The position numbers and the translations under genes were made by a program. Below, in pieces: positions 19,865 to 29,849 of a stretch of 64,000 bases of DNA. Within the stretch, counting starts at the first letter, position 1. Each line of letters begins with the position of its first letter. The notes beneath the pieces are model-generated. The model did not search any database. It was not told the origin of the DNA and saw only the letters and a program-made list of their open reading frames with translations. This DNA comes from an uncultured Candidatus Saccharibacteria bacterium (GTDB lineage: Bacteria; Patescibacteriota; Minisyncoccia; Phycocordibacterales; UBA9973): the NCBI GenBank assembly GCA_964625065.1, contig CAZUZL010000002.1:58067-122066 (forward strand), written 5' to 3'.

Positions 19865-19977
19865 AAATCCCAGATTAGTCCCGGAGAGATGCCTGACGCA
19901 GGCCGACTGGGCCGAGTCGACTAAATTCGCAGCAGCGAATTATAGGTAGCATCTCGATGGGAGCTAATCTGGGATTT
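19865..19977 (-). other. Multi-branched structured element / expanded terminator
   Basis: 14-bp outer IR AAATCCCAGATTAG/CTAATCTGGGATTT enclosing GAGATGC/GCATCTC and internal hairpins. Confidence 0.6.
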
Positions 19978-19984
19978 ACTTAAG

Positions 19985-20236
19985 TTATTTCTTTCCGGCA
20001 GCAACGCGCTTTTTGAAGCGGTCTACACGTCCAGCAGTGTCTAGAACAGTTTCTTTACCAGTGTAAAACGGGTGTGATGCACTTGTAATTTCAACGCGGT
20101 ACAATGGGTATTCTTTACCATCGAACTTTGTAGTTTCTTTTGTAGCAACTGTTGAAAGTGCCAAAAATTGCTTTTGGTTAGAGTTATCTTCAAACACCAC
20201 ATAGCGGTTGTTTGTTGGGTGGATTTCTTTCTTCAT
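19985..20236 (-). CDS. rpmE2: 50S ribosomal protein L31 type B
   Basis: MKKEIHP...[10 protein letters not shown]...[10 protein letters not shown], no Cys. Confidence 0.95.
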   Translation of the reverse strand: MKKEIHPTNNRYVVFEDNSNQKQFLALSTVATKETTKFDGKEYPLYRVEITSASHPFYTGKETVLDTAGRVDRFKKRVAAGKK

Positions 20237-20254
20237 AGGTACGATAATAGCACG

Positions 20255-21658
20255 TTATTCTAAGGTTTGCAACTGGTCTATTGTGGCCTGGGTCTTCTTA
20301 GCTATAGCCATAACCGAGTCGCCATAAAACGCATTTGGTGGCTTACGGCCAGCCTGACATGCTGAACCAGAATAGTATTTACACGCAGCATTACGTTCGT
20401 TAGAATATGCGCCGCCAGCTGCACCGCGGTCTTGTAGGTATAGTGCGGTTGCCATTATGGCGTCTTCAGCGTTCCATGGACTAACAGCACCCTTACCTAG
20501 GGCAACAGCAATACGCGCCTTGTAACCGTTCCATGTTGGTGGAATAAACTGCGAAGGCCCCATGGCACCACCCCAGCCACCACCCGCAATTGGACATGAA
20601 AGTGGCGTACCTTCAGGACTTAGGCCAAGTTCGCCCACTATTTGTAGGTAGTCGTCTTGCCAGTTAGACTTTGCACGACCAGATGCAACTGCTTCAGGAC
20701 CAGGCATAATTACCTTCCAGTTTTTACTTGCTGGGTCGTTAGGGCGGTTACATGTACCTACATTTTTACCTAAACTAGATTCCTGTGTAATAATAGCCAG
20801 TATCATAGCTGGGCGTACACCAGTTTTTACACTAGCTTCCTTGGCATAACGTAGCGCGTCGCCAAATTCAATAGACTTTACGTCGCGAAGCGTAAACAGC
20901 TTACTTAGTATTGCCTGTTTTTGTTTTTGTTTTTCAGCAACAATTTGTTCGTAAGTTTTTTCTTGTGTTTTACTTTCGTTCAGTAAAACTTTTTTCTGAG
21001 ATTCTGTAAGTTCAACTTTTTTCTTTTGTTGTTCTAGTTCAACTTTGGCATCTAGTTGATCTGCCTTGTTGTTCTGTAGTGTTTGTTTTTCTACTTCTGT
21101 GTCAGATTTAACTTCTTTAACAACGTCTACGTGTTCTTTTAAGGAATTCTTTATCTGACTGAACGAATCTACATCATGGTAAAAATCAGAAACAGTTTGG
21201 CCTGAAAGTAATAGATGTATAGGTGTAGTGTTGTCTATTTCGCGTGTTTTGCGTAGTAGGTCTGAAATAGAGTCTTGAGTAGAACTTATTTTTTGACCAA
21301 GGTTGTTTATCTTGTCTTGGCGTTTACCTATTTCGGCTGTTAGTTTGGTTATAACCAGGTTACGGTTTTGTATTTCTAATTTTGCTTTGTTTATCTGGGC
21401 AGTTAGAACACTAATGTCCTTTGTTATAGAACCAGTTTTTTGTTTTTGTTTATTAAGTTCGGCTGTCCATTCGGCTATCTGTTTGTCTATGTCGTTAACT
21501 TCGTTTTGACATTGTTGGCGTTCTTCTGGACTAGAACTAAGTGTTAGGTCGGTTAGACAGTTAAATGCGTATACTGTAGGTGTATTGTAAAAAATACCAC
21601 CGGTACTGGTAACAATTAACATAATTATCATAAACATATGTACTATTTTCCGCATCAA
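20255..21658 (-). CDS. Coiled-coil + lytic murein transglycosylase (SLT/MltB-like)
   Basis: Signal peptide, long coiled coil, ILAIITQES, GAMGPSQFIPPTW, DAIMATALYL. Confidence 0.85.
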   Translation of the reverse strand: MMRKIVHMFMIIMLIVTSTGGIFYNTPTVYAFNCLTDLTLSSSPEERQQCQNEVNDIDKQIAEWTAELNKQKQKTGSITKDISVLTAQINKAKLEIQNRNLVITKLTAEIGKRQDKINNLGQKISSTQDSISDLLRKTREIDNTTPIHLLLSGQTVSDFYHDVDSFSQIKNSLKEHVDVVKEVKSDTEVEKQTLQNNKADQLDAKVELEQQKKKVELTESQKKVLLNESKTQEKTYEQIVAEKQKQKQAILSKLFTLRDVKSIEFGDALRYAKEASVKTGVRPAMILAIITQESSLGKNVGTCNRPNDPASKNWKVIMPGPEAVASGRAKSNWQDDYLQIVGELGLSPEGTPLSCPIAGGGWGGAMGPSQFIPPTWNGYKARIAVALGKGAVSPWNAEDAIMATALYLQDRGAAGGAYSNERNAACKYYSGSACQAGRKPPNAFYGDSVMAIAKKTQATIDQLQTLE

Positions 21659-21748
21659 TATAGTATACCATATAAAAACCCAGAAAAAAATCTGGGTTTT
21701 TATATTTATTGTATTTACTCTGCTGCTTGTCGGGTAGTGAAGTTACTT

Positions 21749-22393
21749 CTACTCCCCGGCTGCTTCGCCTTCTGATTCTTCTTCTTTCTTACCTTTCTTT
21801 TCTACTTCGATGTTAGCAATGTCTACTGGAGCTGATTCTTCTTTTTCTTCTACTAGTTGTGCTATCAAAGCAACAACTTCGTCAGCACCTGTTAATATAG
21901 TTACACCGGCTGGAACAACAATGTCTGAAACGTGTATTTTGTCTTGGTTTGTTACCAAACTTTCGATAGATACATGTAATGCGTGTGGAAGGTCTTTAGG
22001 TAGGGCTTCGATTTCAACTTCGTGAACGATTTTAACCAATGAACCTGTGCCAGATTTAACAGCTGGTGAAACACCTTCGAATTCAACAGGAACCATAACA
22101 GTAATTTTCTTCTTCATGTCGATAGCTAAAAAGTCTACGTGTATAGCATGGCCACGGATCGGGTCGCGGTGTACGTCTTGGACCAATACACTATATGTGT
22201 GTCCGTCTACTGTTAAGTCGACAACTTCAGATTCGCCAACTTGGGCAAATACTTTTTTAAAATCAGCTGCTGGAACAGAAACAATTGTGTTTTCTATACC
22301 AGCGCCATAGACAACTGCTGGAACCATACCGTTACTTCGTACGGTTGCCAACAAATCTGCCTTACTTCGCTTTATTGCAGTTAATGTATTCAT
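21749..22393 (-). CDS. rplY: 50S ribosomal protein L25/Ctc
   Basis: RSNGMVPAVVYG, HVDF, VEIEALPKDLP. Start MNTLT. Confidence 0.93.
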   Translation of the reverse strand: MNTLTAIKRSKADLLATVRSNGMVPAVVYGAGIENTIVSVPAADFKKVFAQVGESEVVDLTVDGHTYSVLVQDVHRDPIRGHAIHVDFLAIDMKKKITVMVPVEFEGVSPAVKSGTGSLVKIVHEVEIEALPKDLPHALHVSIESLVTNQDKIHVSDIVVPAGVTILTGADEVVALIAQLVEEKEESAPVDIANIEVEKKGKKEEESEGEAAGE

Positions 22394-22553
22394 AGGCACT
22401 AGGTTACCACAAAAACCCCAATAAGGCAAATATGGTAACTACAATAATCTATCTAATAAAACCATTTGCAAATCTTACAAATATGTGTTATTGTTTTAAA
22501 AGTTTTCGAGCCCTAAAAAGCTTATTCTTTCAATTTTAAAAATTTTTATTTAA

Positions 22554-23090
22554 ATGAGTTCACAAAAAATTAACTTACTAATGCACACTGACAAAGTGTT
22601 CCATGATGAATTAGGCAAACTTTTGACCTACCCGCAACAGTGGATGCTACCCTATGACCTGTATAAATCAGGCTACGTGGAGCAAAATCTGGTAGCGGTT
22701 ATGGTAACAATTTCTGAGGTAAACGGAGAATTTAAACCGTTATCAAAAATAATTGAGATTGAATTATACCACATGGGCATAGATCCTAAAAAGCGTGAGA
22801 GACATTTGACTGCAAAATTTATCACCAATGCACAAACAGTGGAGGAATTTTTGAAACATAGTAGTTTCGGAACAAAAACCTCGATACCTAAATCTGGTGA
22901 TATTACAAAACTTTTCCGTGATTCGCCTTATGTACTTCAAAAATCTGTCATGGTGGTGCTGAAGTATTTGCAAAGTAAAAAACTCGCAAAAAAATCAGAC
23001 TTCTTTGAAAACATTTGGCATTCATTTGAATTAAACAAAAAAGCAACCGTACCAGAATTCATGAAGTTGGTGCAGCAGTTGTTAAAATAA
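22554..23090 (+). CDS. Hypothetical protein
   Basis: 178-aa ORF with its own AT-rich leader and a shared terminator at ~23107-23138. Confidence 0.7.
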   Translation: MSSQKINLLMHTDKVFHDELGKLLTYPQQWMLPYDLYKSGYVEQNLVAVMVTISEVNGEFKPLSKIIEIELYHMGIDPKKRERHLTAKFITNAQTVEEFLKHSSFGTKTSIPKSGDITKLFRDSPYVLQKSVMVVLKYLQSKKLAKKSDFFENIWHSFELNKKATVPEFMKLVQQLLK

Positions 23091-23144
23091 CAACTCCAAT
23101 CAAAACAAAGCCCCAATGTCGTAGAACATTGGGGCTTTTTAATT

Positions 23145-24890
23145 TTAAACTTTATGCGACAGGTCGTGTTTTTCTTTAATAATATGTTCACGAATGTATG
23201 TAACTGTGCCGCCAACTTTTTTGCCTGGGTTTAGTATATTAGATGGGTCAAAAATGTTTTTAGTTTTTTGGAACAAACTTACAACATAGTCGCCAAACAT
23301 TTGTGCTAGGTACGGTGTGCGTATTATGCCGTCGTTATGTTCGGCAGTTGTAGAACCACGGTATTCTAAAACCAGGTCGTAAACTTTTTTAGAAAGTTCA
23401 ATAATAATATCCGCAGTTTCAGGTAATGAAAAATCCATTAGCGGAATAATGTGGAAGTTACCGTTACCCGCGTGGCCGGCAATAGTGTATGTTATCGGGT
23501 ACTGGTTTAGTATAGTACGTAGTTTCGGTAAAAATTCTGGCAAAACTTGTGGTGGTACTATAATGTCGTCTATAAATGGTGCGGTATGTTTGTCCTTTAT
23601 ATGCTTACGTAGTAATGCAAAACTTTCTCGGCGTATGTCCCAGTATTTGTCCGCATCTGTTTTGTTTCTTGTTATACGGGTTTTATATTTAAATGGTTTT
23701 ATTGCATTTACTAGGTCGATAGCTTGTTTGTCTACAACAGACTGTACAGAACCAGCAAATTCAACCAGTAAAATAAGTTTTGGCATACCACCTGCTAGCA
23801 TCATTATAGCTTCTGGCCAAAAACTCCACATAAACTTTAACATGCCCCATACGCCTTTAGTTTTTAAAAAGTCTGGGAAGAATTTTATTGCCAGCTTCAT
23901 AGTAGCATCGTCGTAACTTTCTATACTTTCTGGTTTGTGTGGCAATATAGCGTCGACAAGTTCGCCTAGACGAGACAAGTCTTTCATAAAGATAACTGCA
24001 AGTTTAGAAACAGGTTTTGTACGAACAAGGTGGAATGTAATACCAGTTACAATGCCCAGTGTACCCTGTGAACCAACTATAATTTTAGTTAAATCAAAAA
24101 TATCTTTTTCTGCATCGTATACATTCCATAGATAGTAACCAGCCGAGTTTTTTGAAACTTGTGGCTTGGCACTTTTAATAACCATTTCATTGTCTTTGAT
24201 AAGGTTGTAGATTTCCTTATACACAGAACCTTCGAAATCAATTTGTGCAATTTTATTATACAATTCCTTTTTACTTAATGGTTTTACAACGTATTCATAA
24301 CCATCTGCAAAAACAACTTTTAGTTCAGCTACATAGTCTTCGGTTTTACCGTACTGCAATGTTTTTTCACCAGCAGAATTATTACCTACCATACCACCCA
24401 TGGCATTTATAGATTTAGACGCTGTGTAGCATGGCAACAACAAACCCTTTTCTAATGTTGCAGTTTCAAAGTTGCGGTAATATACACCAGGCATAACGGA
24501 TACGCGCCCTGAAATAGTTACTGGGTGTGCGTTTGGGTATTTGGGTGTAATACTAAATTCGTTTACAGTTTCAACCGGACCGATAGTGTTCATATAGCGC
24601 ATAAAGTCCATAACTATAGATTCGCCTATTGCACCACCTGACATACATGTACCAGCGGAACGTGGTGTTATAGAATACCTGTTACCCTCTAGGCCTTGCC
24701 TAGCGGAAGCTTCATTTTGTTCTTTAACCCATTTTACAACAGCACATACATCAGCAGGGTTTTTAGGAAAAACAACAACTTGTGGGCGTATTTCTAACAA
24801 ACTCGCGTCGTGCGAATAAGTAGTCAGAACTTCGTCAGAATTCTCTACGTCACCTTTTATTATTTTTTTAAGTTCTAAAACAATATCCAT
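23145..24890 (-). CDS. FAD-binding oxidoreductase (GlcD/D-lactate dehydrogenase family)
   Basis: PRSAGTCMSG, MGGMVGNNSAG, VGSQGTLG, GHAGNGNFH, TAEHNDG, FDPSNILNPGK. Confidence 0.9.
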   Translation of the reverse strand: MDIVLELKKIIKGDVENSDEVLTTYSHDASLLEIRPQVVVFPKNPADVCAVVKWVKEQNEASARQGLEGNRYSITPRSAGTCMSGGAIGESIVMDFMRYMNTIGPVETVNEFSITPKYPNAHPVTISGRVSVMPGVYYRNFETATLEKGLLLPCYTASKSINAMGGMVGNNSAGEKTLQYGKTEDYVAELKVVFADGYEYVVKPLSKKELYNKIAQIDFEGSVYKEIYNLIKDNEMVIKSAKPQVSKNSAGYYLWNVYDAEKDIFDLTKIIVGSQGTLGIVTGITFHLVRTKPVSKLAVIFMKDLSRLGELVDAILPHKPESIESYDDATMKLAIKFFPDFLKTKGVWGMLKFMWSFWPEAIMMLAGGMPKLILLVEFAGSVQSVVDKQAIDLVNAIKPFKYKTRITRNKTDADKYWDIRRESFALLRKHIKDKHTAPFIDDIIVPPQVLPEFLPKLRTILNQYPITYTIAGHAGNGNFHIIPLMDFSLPETADIIIELSKKVYDLVLEYRGSTTAEHNDGIIRTPYLAQMFGDYVVSLFQKTKNIFDPSNILNPGKKVGGTVTYIREHIIKEKHDLSHKV

Positions 24891-24895
24891 AAATT

Positions 24896-25780
24896 TTATT
24901 GAATATGGTTAAACAATTTTAATCTGTCGTATACAACAGTCTGTATTGCGTCTACTGCTGGTTGTAATAGTTTATATGGGGCAACTTCGTTTGGGTGTTC
25001 GGCTATAGATTGTTTTAGCGCTTCGTCGAATGCAACACGTATTTCAGTGTTTATATGCACTATAGCAATACCCGCCTTTATACCATTTGTAAAATCTTCG
25101 TCGCGTAAACCAGAACCACCGTGTAATACCAAAGGCAAGCCTGTTACCTTTTTAATTTCAGCCACCAGTTCTGCATCTATGTGTGGTTTACCACTTTTTA
25201 TTAAACCATGGATACTACCTACAGAAGGTGCCAACATGTCTATACCAGTTGCGTCGGCAAATTCTTTGGCTTCTGTTGGTGTAGTTTTAATACCAGCGCC
25301 TTCGGGTATAGTTTCCTTGATATTAGAACCTGACCCGATGTAGCCTATTTCAGCTTCAACTAATATGTCGCGGTTTTCAAACTGGGCAACACTACGTGCG
25401 TATTCTACAACTTGTTTAGTCATGGCAATGTTTTCTTCGTGTGGTTTGTCAGCGCCGTCTATAATAACAGCATCAAAACCAGAATCTATAGCCAGTTTTG
25501 CGCGTTCGAAACTATAATGGTGGTCGGCATTTAAAAATATCGGATATTGGTCAGTTTCGCGGATTTGTTTTATCATACCCACGGCTTCAGCGCGACCAAC
25601 AAAATCTTCTTCACCTTCTGAAAGACCAATAATAACAGGGATAGTTATACCAGAATCTGTTGTAAGTTTTTTCGCGGCATTATATATACCGTGCAAACCC
25701 TCGAGATTAGAAATATTAAAATGTCCTATGGCTACACCTTTATCTTGGGCTTCGTGTACATATTCGCGTAATGTTTTCAT
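24896..25780 (-). CDS. fba: Class II fructose-bisphosphate aldolase
   Basis: NADHH, VEAEIG, SVGSIHG, LVLHGGSG, HINTE. Confidence 0.92.
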   Translation of the reverse strand: MKTLREYVHEAQDKGVAIGHFNISNLEGLHGIYNAAKKLTTDSGITIPVIIGLSEGEEDFVGRAEAVGMIKQIRETDQYPIFLNADHHYSFERAKLAIDSGFDAVIIDGADKPHEENIAMTKQVVEYARSVAQFENRDILVEAEIGYIGSGSNIKETIPEGAGIKTTPTEAKEFADATGIDMLAPSVGSIHGLIKSGKPHIDAELVAEIKKVTGLPLVLHGGSGLRDEDFTNGIKAGIAIVHINTEIRVAFDEALKQSIAEHPNEVAPYKLLQPAVDAIQTVVYDRLKLFNHIQ

Positions 25781-25843
25781 GGTTACATTATACCCTGCGA
25801 CAATGTTTTAACCAAACATAAAAACCTATGATATAATAACGTA

Positions 25844-26854
25844 ATGGAAAATAATAATTCTGAAAAAATACAATTTTTAGCAATCGGCGACGTTGTAACC
25901 GAACCTTTTATAAAATTAAAAGACGCACAAGTTACATGCCAACTTGACCACGAAAACTGCACATTATCTATGCGCTATGGCGACAAAATACCTTACGAAT
26001 CAGTAACACTATGCCGTGCTGTTGGTAACAGTGCAAATGCAGCAGTTGCTGCAGCACGCCTGGGTGTAAAAAGTGCACTTATGTCATACATAGGTGACGA
26101 CGAAATAGGTCGTGGCAATATAGAGGAACTGAAGAAGAATAATGTTATAACAGACTACATGGTAACTGCACCTGGGTATACATCGAACTACCATTTTGTA
26201 TTATGGTACGATGTGGACCGTACAATTCTGATTAAACACACTGAATTCCCATACGAATTTCCGATGGATTTGGCAGAACCAGAATGGATATACTTTTCTT
26301 CTATAGCAGACAACACACTGCCCTACCACCTACAAATGACAGAGTACCTAAAACAACACCCAAACGTTAAACTTGCATTCCAACCAGGAACATTCCAAAT
26401 AAAACTTGGTGCAAAAGTTTTAGCAGAATTATACCAACACACAGAAGTACTTTTCTGTAATAAAGAAGAAGCACAACGCATACTAGAAACCCCAGACGAA
26501 CACGACATGGCAGTACTGATAAAAAACCTGCACGACATAGGCCCGAAAAAAGTTGTAATAACTGACGGGGCAAAAGGTCTGGACGCATCAGACGGTGTAA
26601 ATGTATACACACTAACAGAATACCCAGACATAGCCCCACCAGTAGAACGTACTGGTGCCGGCGACGCAACAAGTTCGACCATTGTAGCCATGATGGCAAC
26701 AGGTATGTCGTTCAAAGACGCGTTACGCTATGGGCCAGTAAACTCGATGTCAGTTGTACAACACATAGGTGCCCAGGCAGGTTTGCTAAACCGAGAAAAA
26801 TTAGAAGAATACTTAAAACAAGCACCCGAAGACTACACCGTAGTAAAACTATAA
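25844..26854 (+). CDS. PfkB-family carbohydrate kinase
   Basis: GNSANAAVAAARLG, NKEEA, VERTGAGDA. Confidence 0.9.
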   Translation: MENNNSEKIQFLAIGDVVTEPFIKLKDAQVTCQLDHENCTLSMRYGDKIPYESVTLCRAVGNSANAAVAAARLGVKSALMSYIGDDEIGRGNIEELKKNNVITDYMVTAPGYTSNYHFVLWYDVDRTILIKHTEFPYEFPMDLAEPEWIYFSSIADNTLPYHLQMTEYLKQHPNVKLAFQPGTFQIKLGAKVLAELYQHTEVLFCNKEEAQRILETPDEHDMAVLIKNLHDIGPKKVVITDGAKGLDASDGVNVYTLTEYPDIAPPVERTGAGDATSSTIVAMMATGMSFKDALRYGPVNSMSVVQHIGAQAGLLNREKLEEYLKQAPEDYTVVKL

Positions 26855-26894
26855 AATAAAACACCTCGCATATGCGAGGTGTTTTATTTTATTA

Positions 26895-27587
26895 TTAAAC
26901 AGTTTGTTCTATTGTTGTTTCCGAGACTGTAACTGTTTCTGTTGTTGTAATTGTAGGTGTATGCTCTACAATGTTTGTGGTGTCCATGGCACCAGTACTA
27001 CCTGCTTCAAAATTTTTCTTAACATCTTCATAGAATTTTGCGCGAGTCGCTTGTATATAAGGTGCTAGCCATATAAAACCGATACCAAGTGTTAGTACAC
27101 ATAACAATGCCCAACCTATAAAACGAAGCCCAAGGTAGAACAACTTTGCTTTGTTTCCATACATCATTTTCTTACTTTTGCGAAGTGCTTCTAGTGGTTT
27201 TAAATTTGGTTCGTCAACTAATATGTAATACACCAGAGAATAACTGTATGCAGCTATAATACCAGGTATAATCAGCAGCAAAGTCCATAGCATTACGAAC
27301 AATACACACAATAGGTATGTTCCAAGTGTTCTGCCGTAGTGGTTAAAACCATCAAAAATATTATTTACAGATGCTTCTTTACCTCTTGAAAGGTTTAAGA
27401 AAAATACTGCCATACCAAACATAAATGCACCTGTTATAAAATATGTCGCCAAAAAACCTATAACTGGTATAAGCTGAACAACCATAACGATAACAACTGA
27501 CAATAAACTAGCACCAATTGCCTTACCCCAATTACCTTTTAATGTTTCGCGCGCTTGTGCCATTAGCACTTTGTTTTCTGTTTTCAT
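26895..27587 (-). CDS. DUF975-family membrane protein
   Basis: LWTLLLIIPGIIAAYSY, SKKMMYGNK, WLAPY. Confidence 0.85.
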   Translation of the reverse strand: MKTENKVLMAQARETLKGNWGKAIGASLLSVVIVMVVQLIPVIGFLATYFITGAFMFGMAVFFLNLSRGKEASVNNIFDGFNHYGRTLGTYLLCVLFVMLWTLLLIIPGIIAAYSYSLVYYILVDEPNLKPLEALRKSKKMMYGNKAKLFYLGLRFIGWALLCVLTLGIGFIWLAPYIQATRAKFYEDVKKNFEAGSTGAMDTTNIVEHTPTITTTETVTVSETTIEQTV

Positions 27588-27627
27588 GGACGCAGTATAC
27601 TACAAAGCAGAAAATAAAACCACAGAA

Positions 27628-27768
27628 CTAGTCTAGATTAGTAGAATTAAAACTTTTTTCTAAGTTGTCAGAAAAAGCATTTGCAGAATGTATAATAAAC
27701 ATAGCAAGTAAACAACTTACCACTACTATCAGCAACATACTGTAGATCAAATTTACCTGCTTTTTCAT
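27628..27768 (-). CDS. Small single-TM protein (46 aa), below the ORF-track cutoff
   Basis: MKKQVNLIYSMLLIVVVSCLLAMFIIHSANAFSDNLEKSFNSTNLD*, TATAAT 10 nt upstream of the ATG. Confidence 0.55.
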   Translation of the reverse strand: MKKQVNLIYSMLLIVVVSCLLAMFIIHSANAFSDNLEKSFNSTNLD

Positions 27769-27828
27769 ATAGACTTAATTATAAAACGGCTTGGAAATAA
27801 AGGCAATATGTGGTATAATAGCACCTAC

Positions 27829-29100
27829 ATGTCGATTATACTTATACTGTTTTATATGCTTACTTTTTTGGCCGTCTTTGTACAGGTCTTCTTCTTAGTA
27901 ACATATTTTGAAAACCGTAAAAAAATAGTTATACGTAGCGGGCCCATAGAACTGGCCCACTACCCTACTGTTACCGTTATAGTACCGTGCTATAACGAAG
28001 AAAAAACTGTTTCGATAACAGTAGACTCGTTGTTAGCCATGTCGTACCCTGCAGACAAACTACGCATTATAGTTGTAGACGACGGTTCGAAAGACGGAAC
28101 ATGGGAAGCATTACAACAATACAAAGACAACGCCCGTGTTGAAATATACAAAAAACAAAATGGTGGCAAACACACAGCACTAAACTTTGGTTTAGAACAT
28201 ACAACTAGCGAACTTGTTGGCTGTTTAGATTCAGATTCTTCTGTACACCCAGAAGCATTGAAACGCATTGTTACTGTTTTCGACAACCCTAAAACCATGG
28301 CCGTAGCACCGTCTATAGTTGTACGCGACCCTAAAACCATAACCGAATACGCACAACGTGCCGAATACGACATGGCACACTACAACAAAAAAATGCTGGC
28401 ATTTATGGAAGGCATACATGTTACACCTGGGCCTTTTTCTATTTTCCGTAAAAAAGTTTTTGACCAAATCGGACCATACCGTAAAGCCCACCAAACCGAA
28501 GACCAAGAAATAGCACTGCGTATGCACAAACACGGTTTAGCTATAGACCACTGCCCTGATGCATATGTGTACACAAAAGGCCAACAAAGCATACCTAAAC
28601 TTTACCGCCAACGTGTACGCTGGATTTATGGTTTTATTAAAAATGCACAAGACTACCGTGAACTAATATTCCGACCAAAATATGGTGCAGTTGGCATGTT
28701 TACCATACCATCAGGACTTATATCAGTTTCTGCAACACTGGTACTACTTACGTTTATGGTGTCACGTATATACACATACGTAAGCCATAAAGCCATGCAA
28801 CTAAGTACAGTTGGTTTTGGTTCGTTTACACGCCCAAACTTTTCTTTTGATTTATTTTATGTTGATACGCGCGCGTTCTTGTTTTTATCTATAATGTTGT
28901 ATATATTAATAGTCGTTGCCCTACTAAACGGACGTCGTATGATATATGGGCGTAAGGCACTATCTTGGGACATAGCTTTGTTTTTTATTGTATACACCAT
29001 AGTTGCCCCGTTTTGGGTGCTAAAAGCAATATGGAACGCAGTAACTAGACACGAAGCTAGTTGGACAGACGAAAGAGATTATTCACTAAAACAAATTTAA
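27829..29100 (+). CDS. Processive GT2 glycosyltransferase (IcaA/PgaC-like)
   Basis: PCYNE, VDDGSKD, NGGK, LDSDS, TED, QRVRW. Start MSIIL. Confidence 0.9.
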   Translation: MSIILILFYMLTFLAVFVQVFFLVTYFENRKKIVIRSGPIELAHYPTVTVIVPCYNEEKTVSITVDSLLAMSYPADKLRIIVVDDGSKDGTWEALQQYKDNARVEIYKKQNGGKHTALNFGLEHTTSELVGCLDSDSSVHPEALKRIVTVFDNPKTMAVAPSIVVRDPKTITEYAQRAEYDMAHYNKKMLAFMEGIHVTPGPFSIFRKKVFDQIGPYRKAHQTEDQEIALRMHKHGLAIDHCPDAYVYTKGQQSIPKLYRQRVRWIYGFIKNAQDYRELIFRPKYGAVGMFTIPSGLISVSATLVLLTFMVSRIYTYVSHKAMQLSTVGFGSFTRPNFSFDLFYVDTRAFLFLSIMLYILIVVALLNGRRMIYGRKALSWDIALFFIVYTIVAPFWVLKAIWNAVTRHEASWTDERDYSLKQI

Positions 29101-29108
29101 ATTAATTT

Positions 29109-29801
29109 ATGAAAAACGATTGGGGCAGATACATAGTAGTTTTCTTTATAACAGTAGCATTGTTTGCTGTTGCTGGCGGACTGTCAAACTTTTTTTCTAA
29201 TAAAAAAGTAGAATCTATTCGTGTTGCTCAGGACAAACTTTCTACAGACATACTGTCTTCTGAAACACAGTTTGCCCTACTGTCTGAACTTTCATGTACC
29301 CAAGACGACGGTGAAGAAAACCTTTCCGCAGAACTTAGTGACTTGTCTGACAAAATAGAATACAGCGACAAAAACCTAAAAGGTAACGCCGACGCACTAC
29401 AGCTAAAACGCTACTATTCTTTACTTGAAATAAAAGACTACCTACTGACTAAAAAAATAAACGAACGTTGTGGTTTAAAACGTATACCAGTACTTTACTT
29501 TTATACAACAGCTGAAAACTGTACAGAATGTACAAAACAAGGTTACGTGTTAACAGAACTACGCAACAAATACCCCAACATGCGCGTGTATTCGTTTGAC
29601 TACAGTTTAGACCTATCTGCACTGCGTGCCCTACTTAAAATATACCGCATAGAAGACACTAAACTACCAGCTATGGTTATAAACGAACATAAAGTTACAG
29701 GTTTCCAGTCTGTAGAAGACATTGAAAAAATAGAACCTAAAATACTAAAAATCGAAGCCCAGAAAAAAACTACAACTGACACTGCTACAAAAACACAATA
29801 A
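29109..29801 (+). CDS. Membrane-anchored protein with thioredoxin-like CxxC domain
   Basis: N-terminal TM, LYFY...CTECTKQG, VYSFD, LPAMVIN. Confidence 0.7.
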   Translation: MKNDWGRYIVVFFITVALFAVAGGLSNFFSNKKVESIRVAQDKLSTDILSSETQFALLSELSCTQDDGEENLSAELSDLSDKIEYSDKNLKGNADALQLKRYYSLLEIKDYLLTKKINERCGLKRIPVLYFYTTAENCTECTKQGYVLTELRNKYPNMRVYSFDYSLDLSALRALLKIYRIEDTKLPAMVINEHKVTGFQSVEDIEKIEPKILKIEAQKKTTTDTATKTQ

Positions 29802-29849
29802 AAAAATAAAAGCGATTATATAAATATAATCGCTTTTATTTTTTTATTT

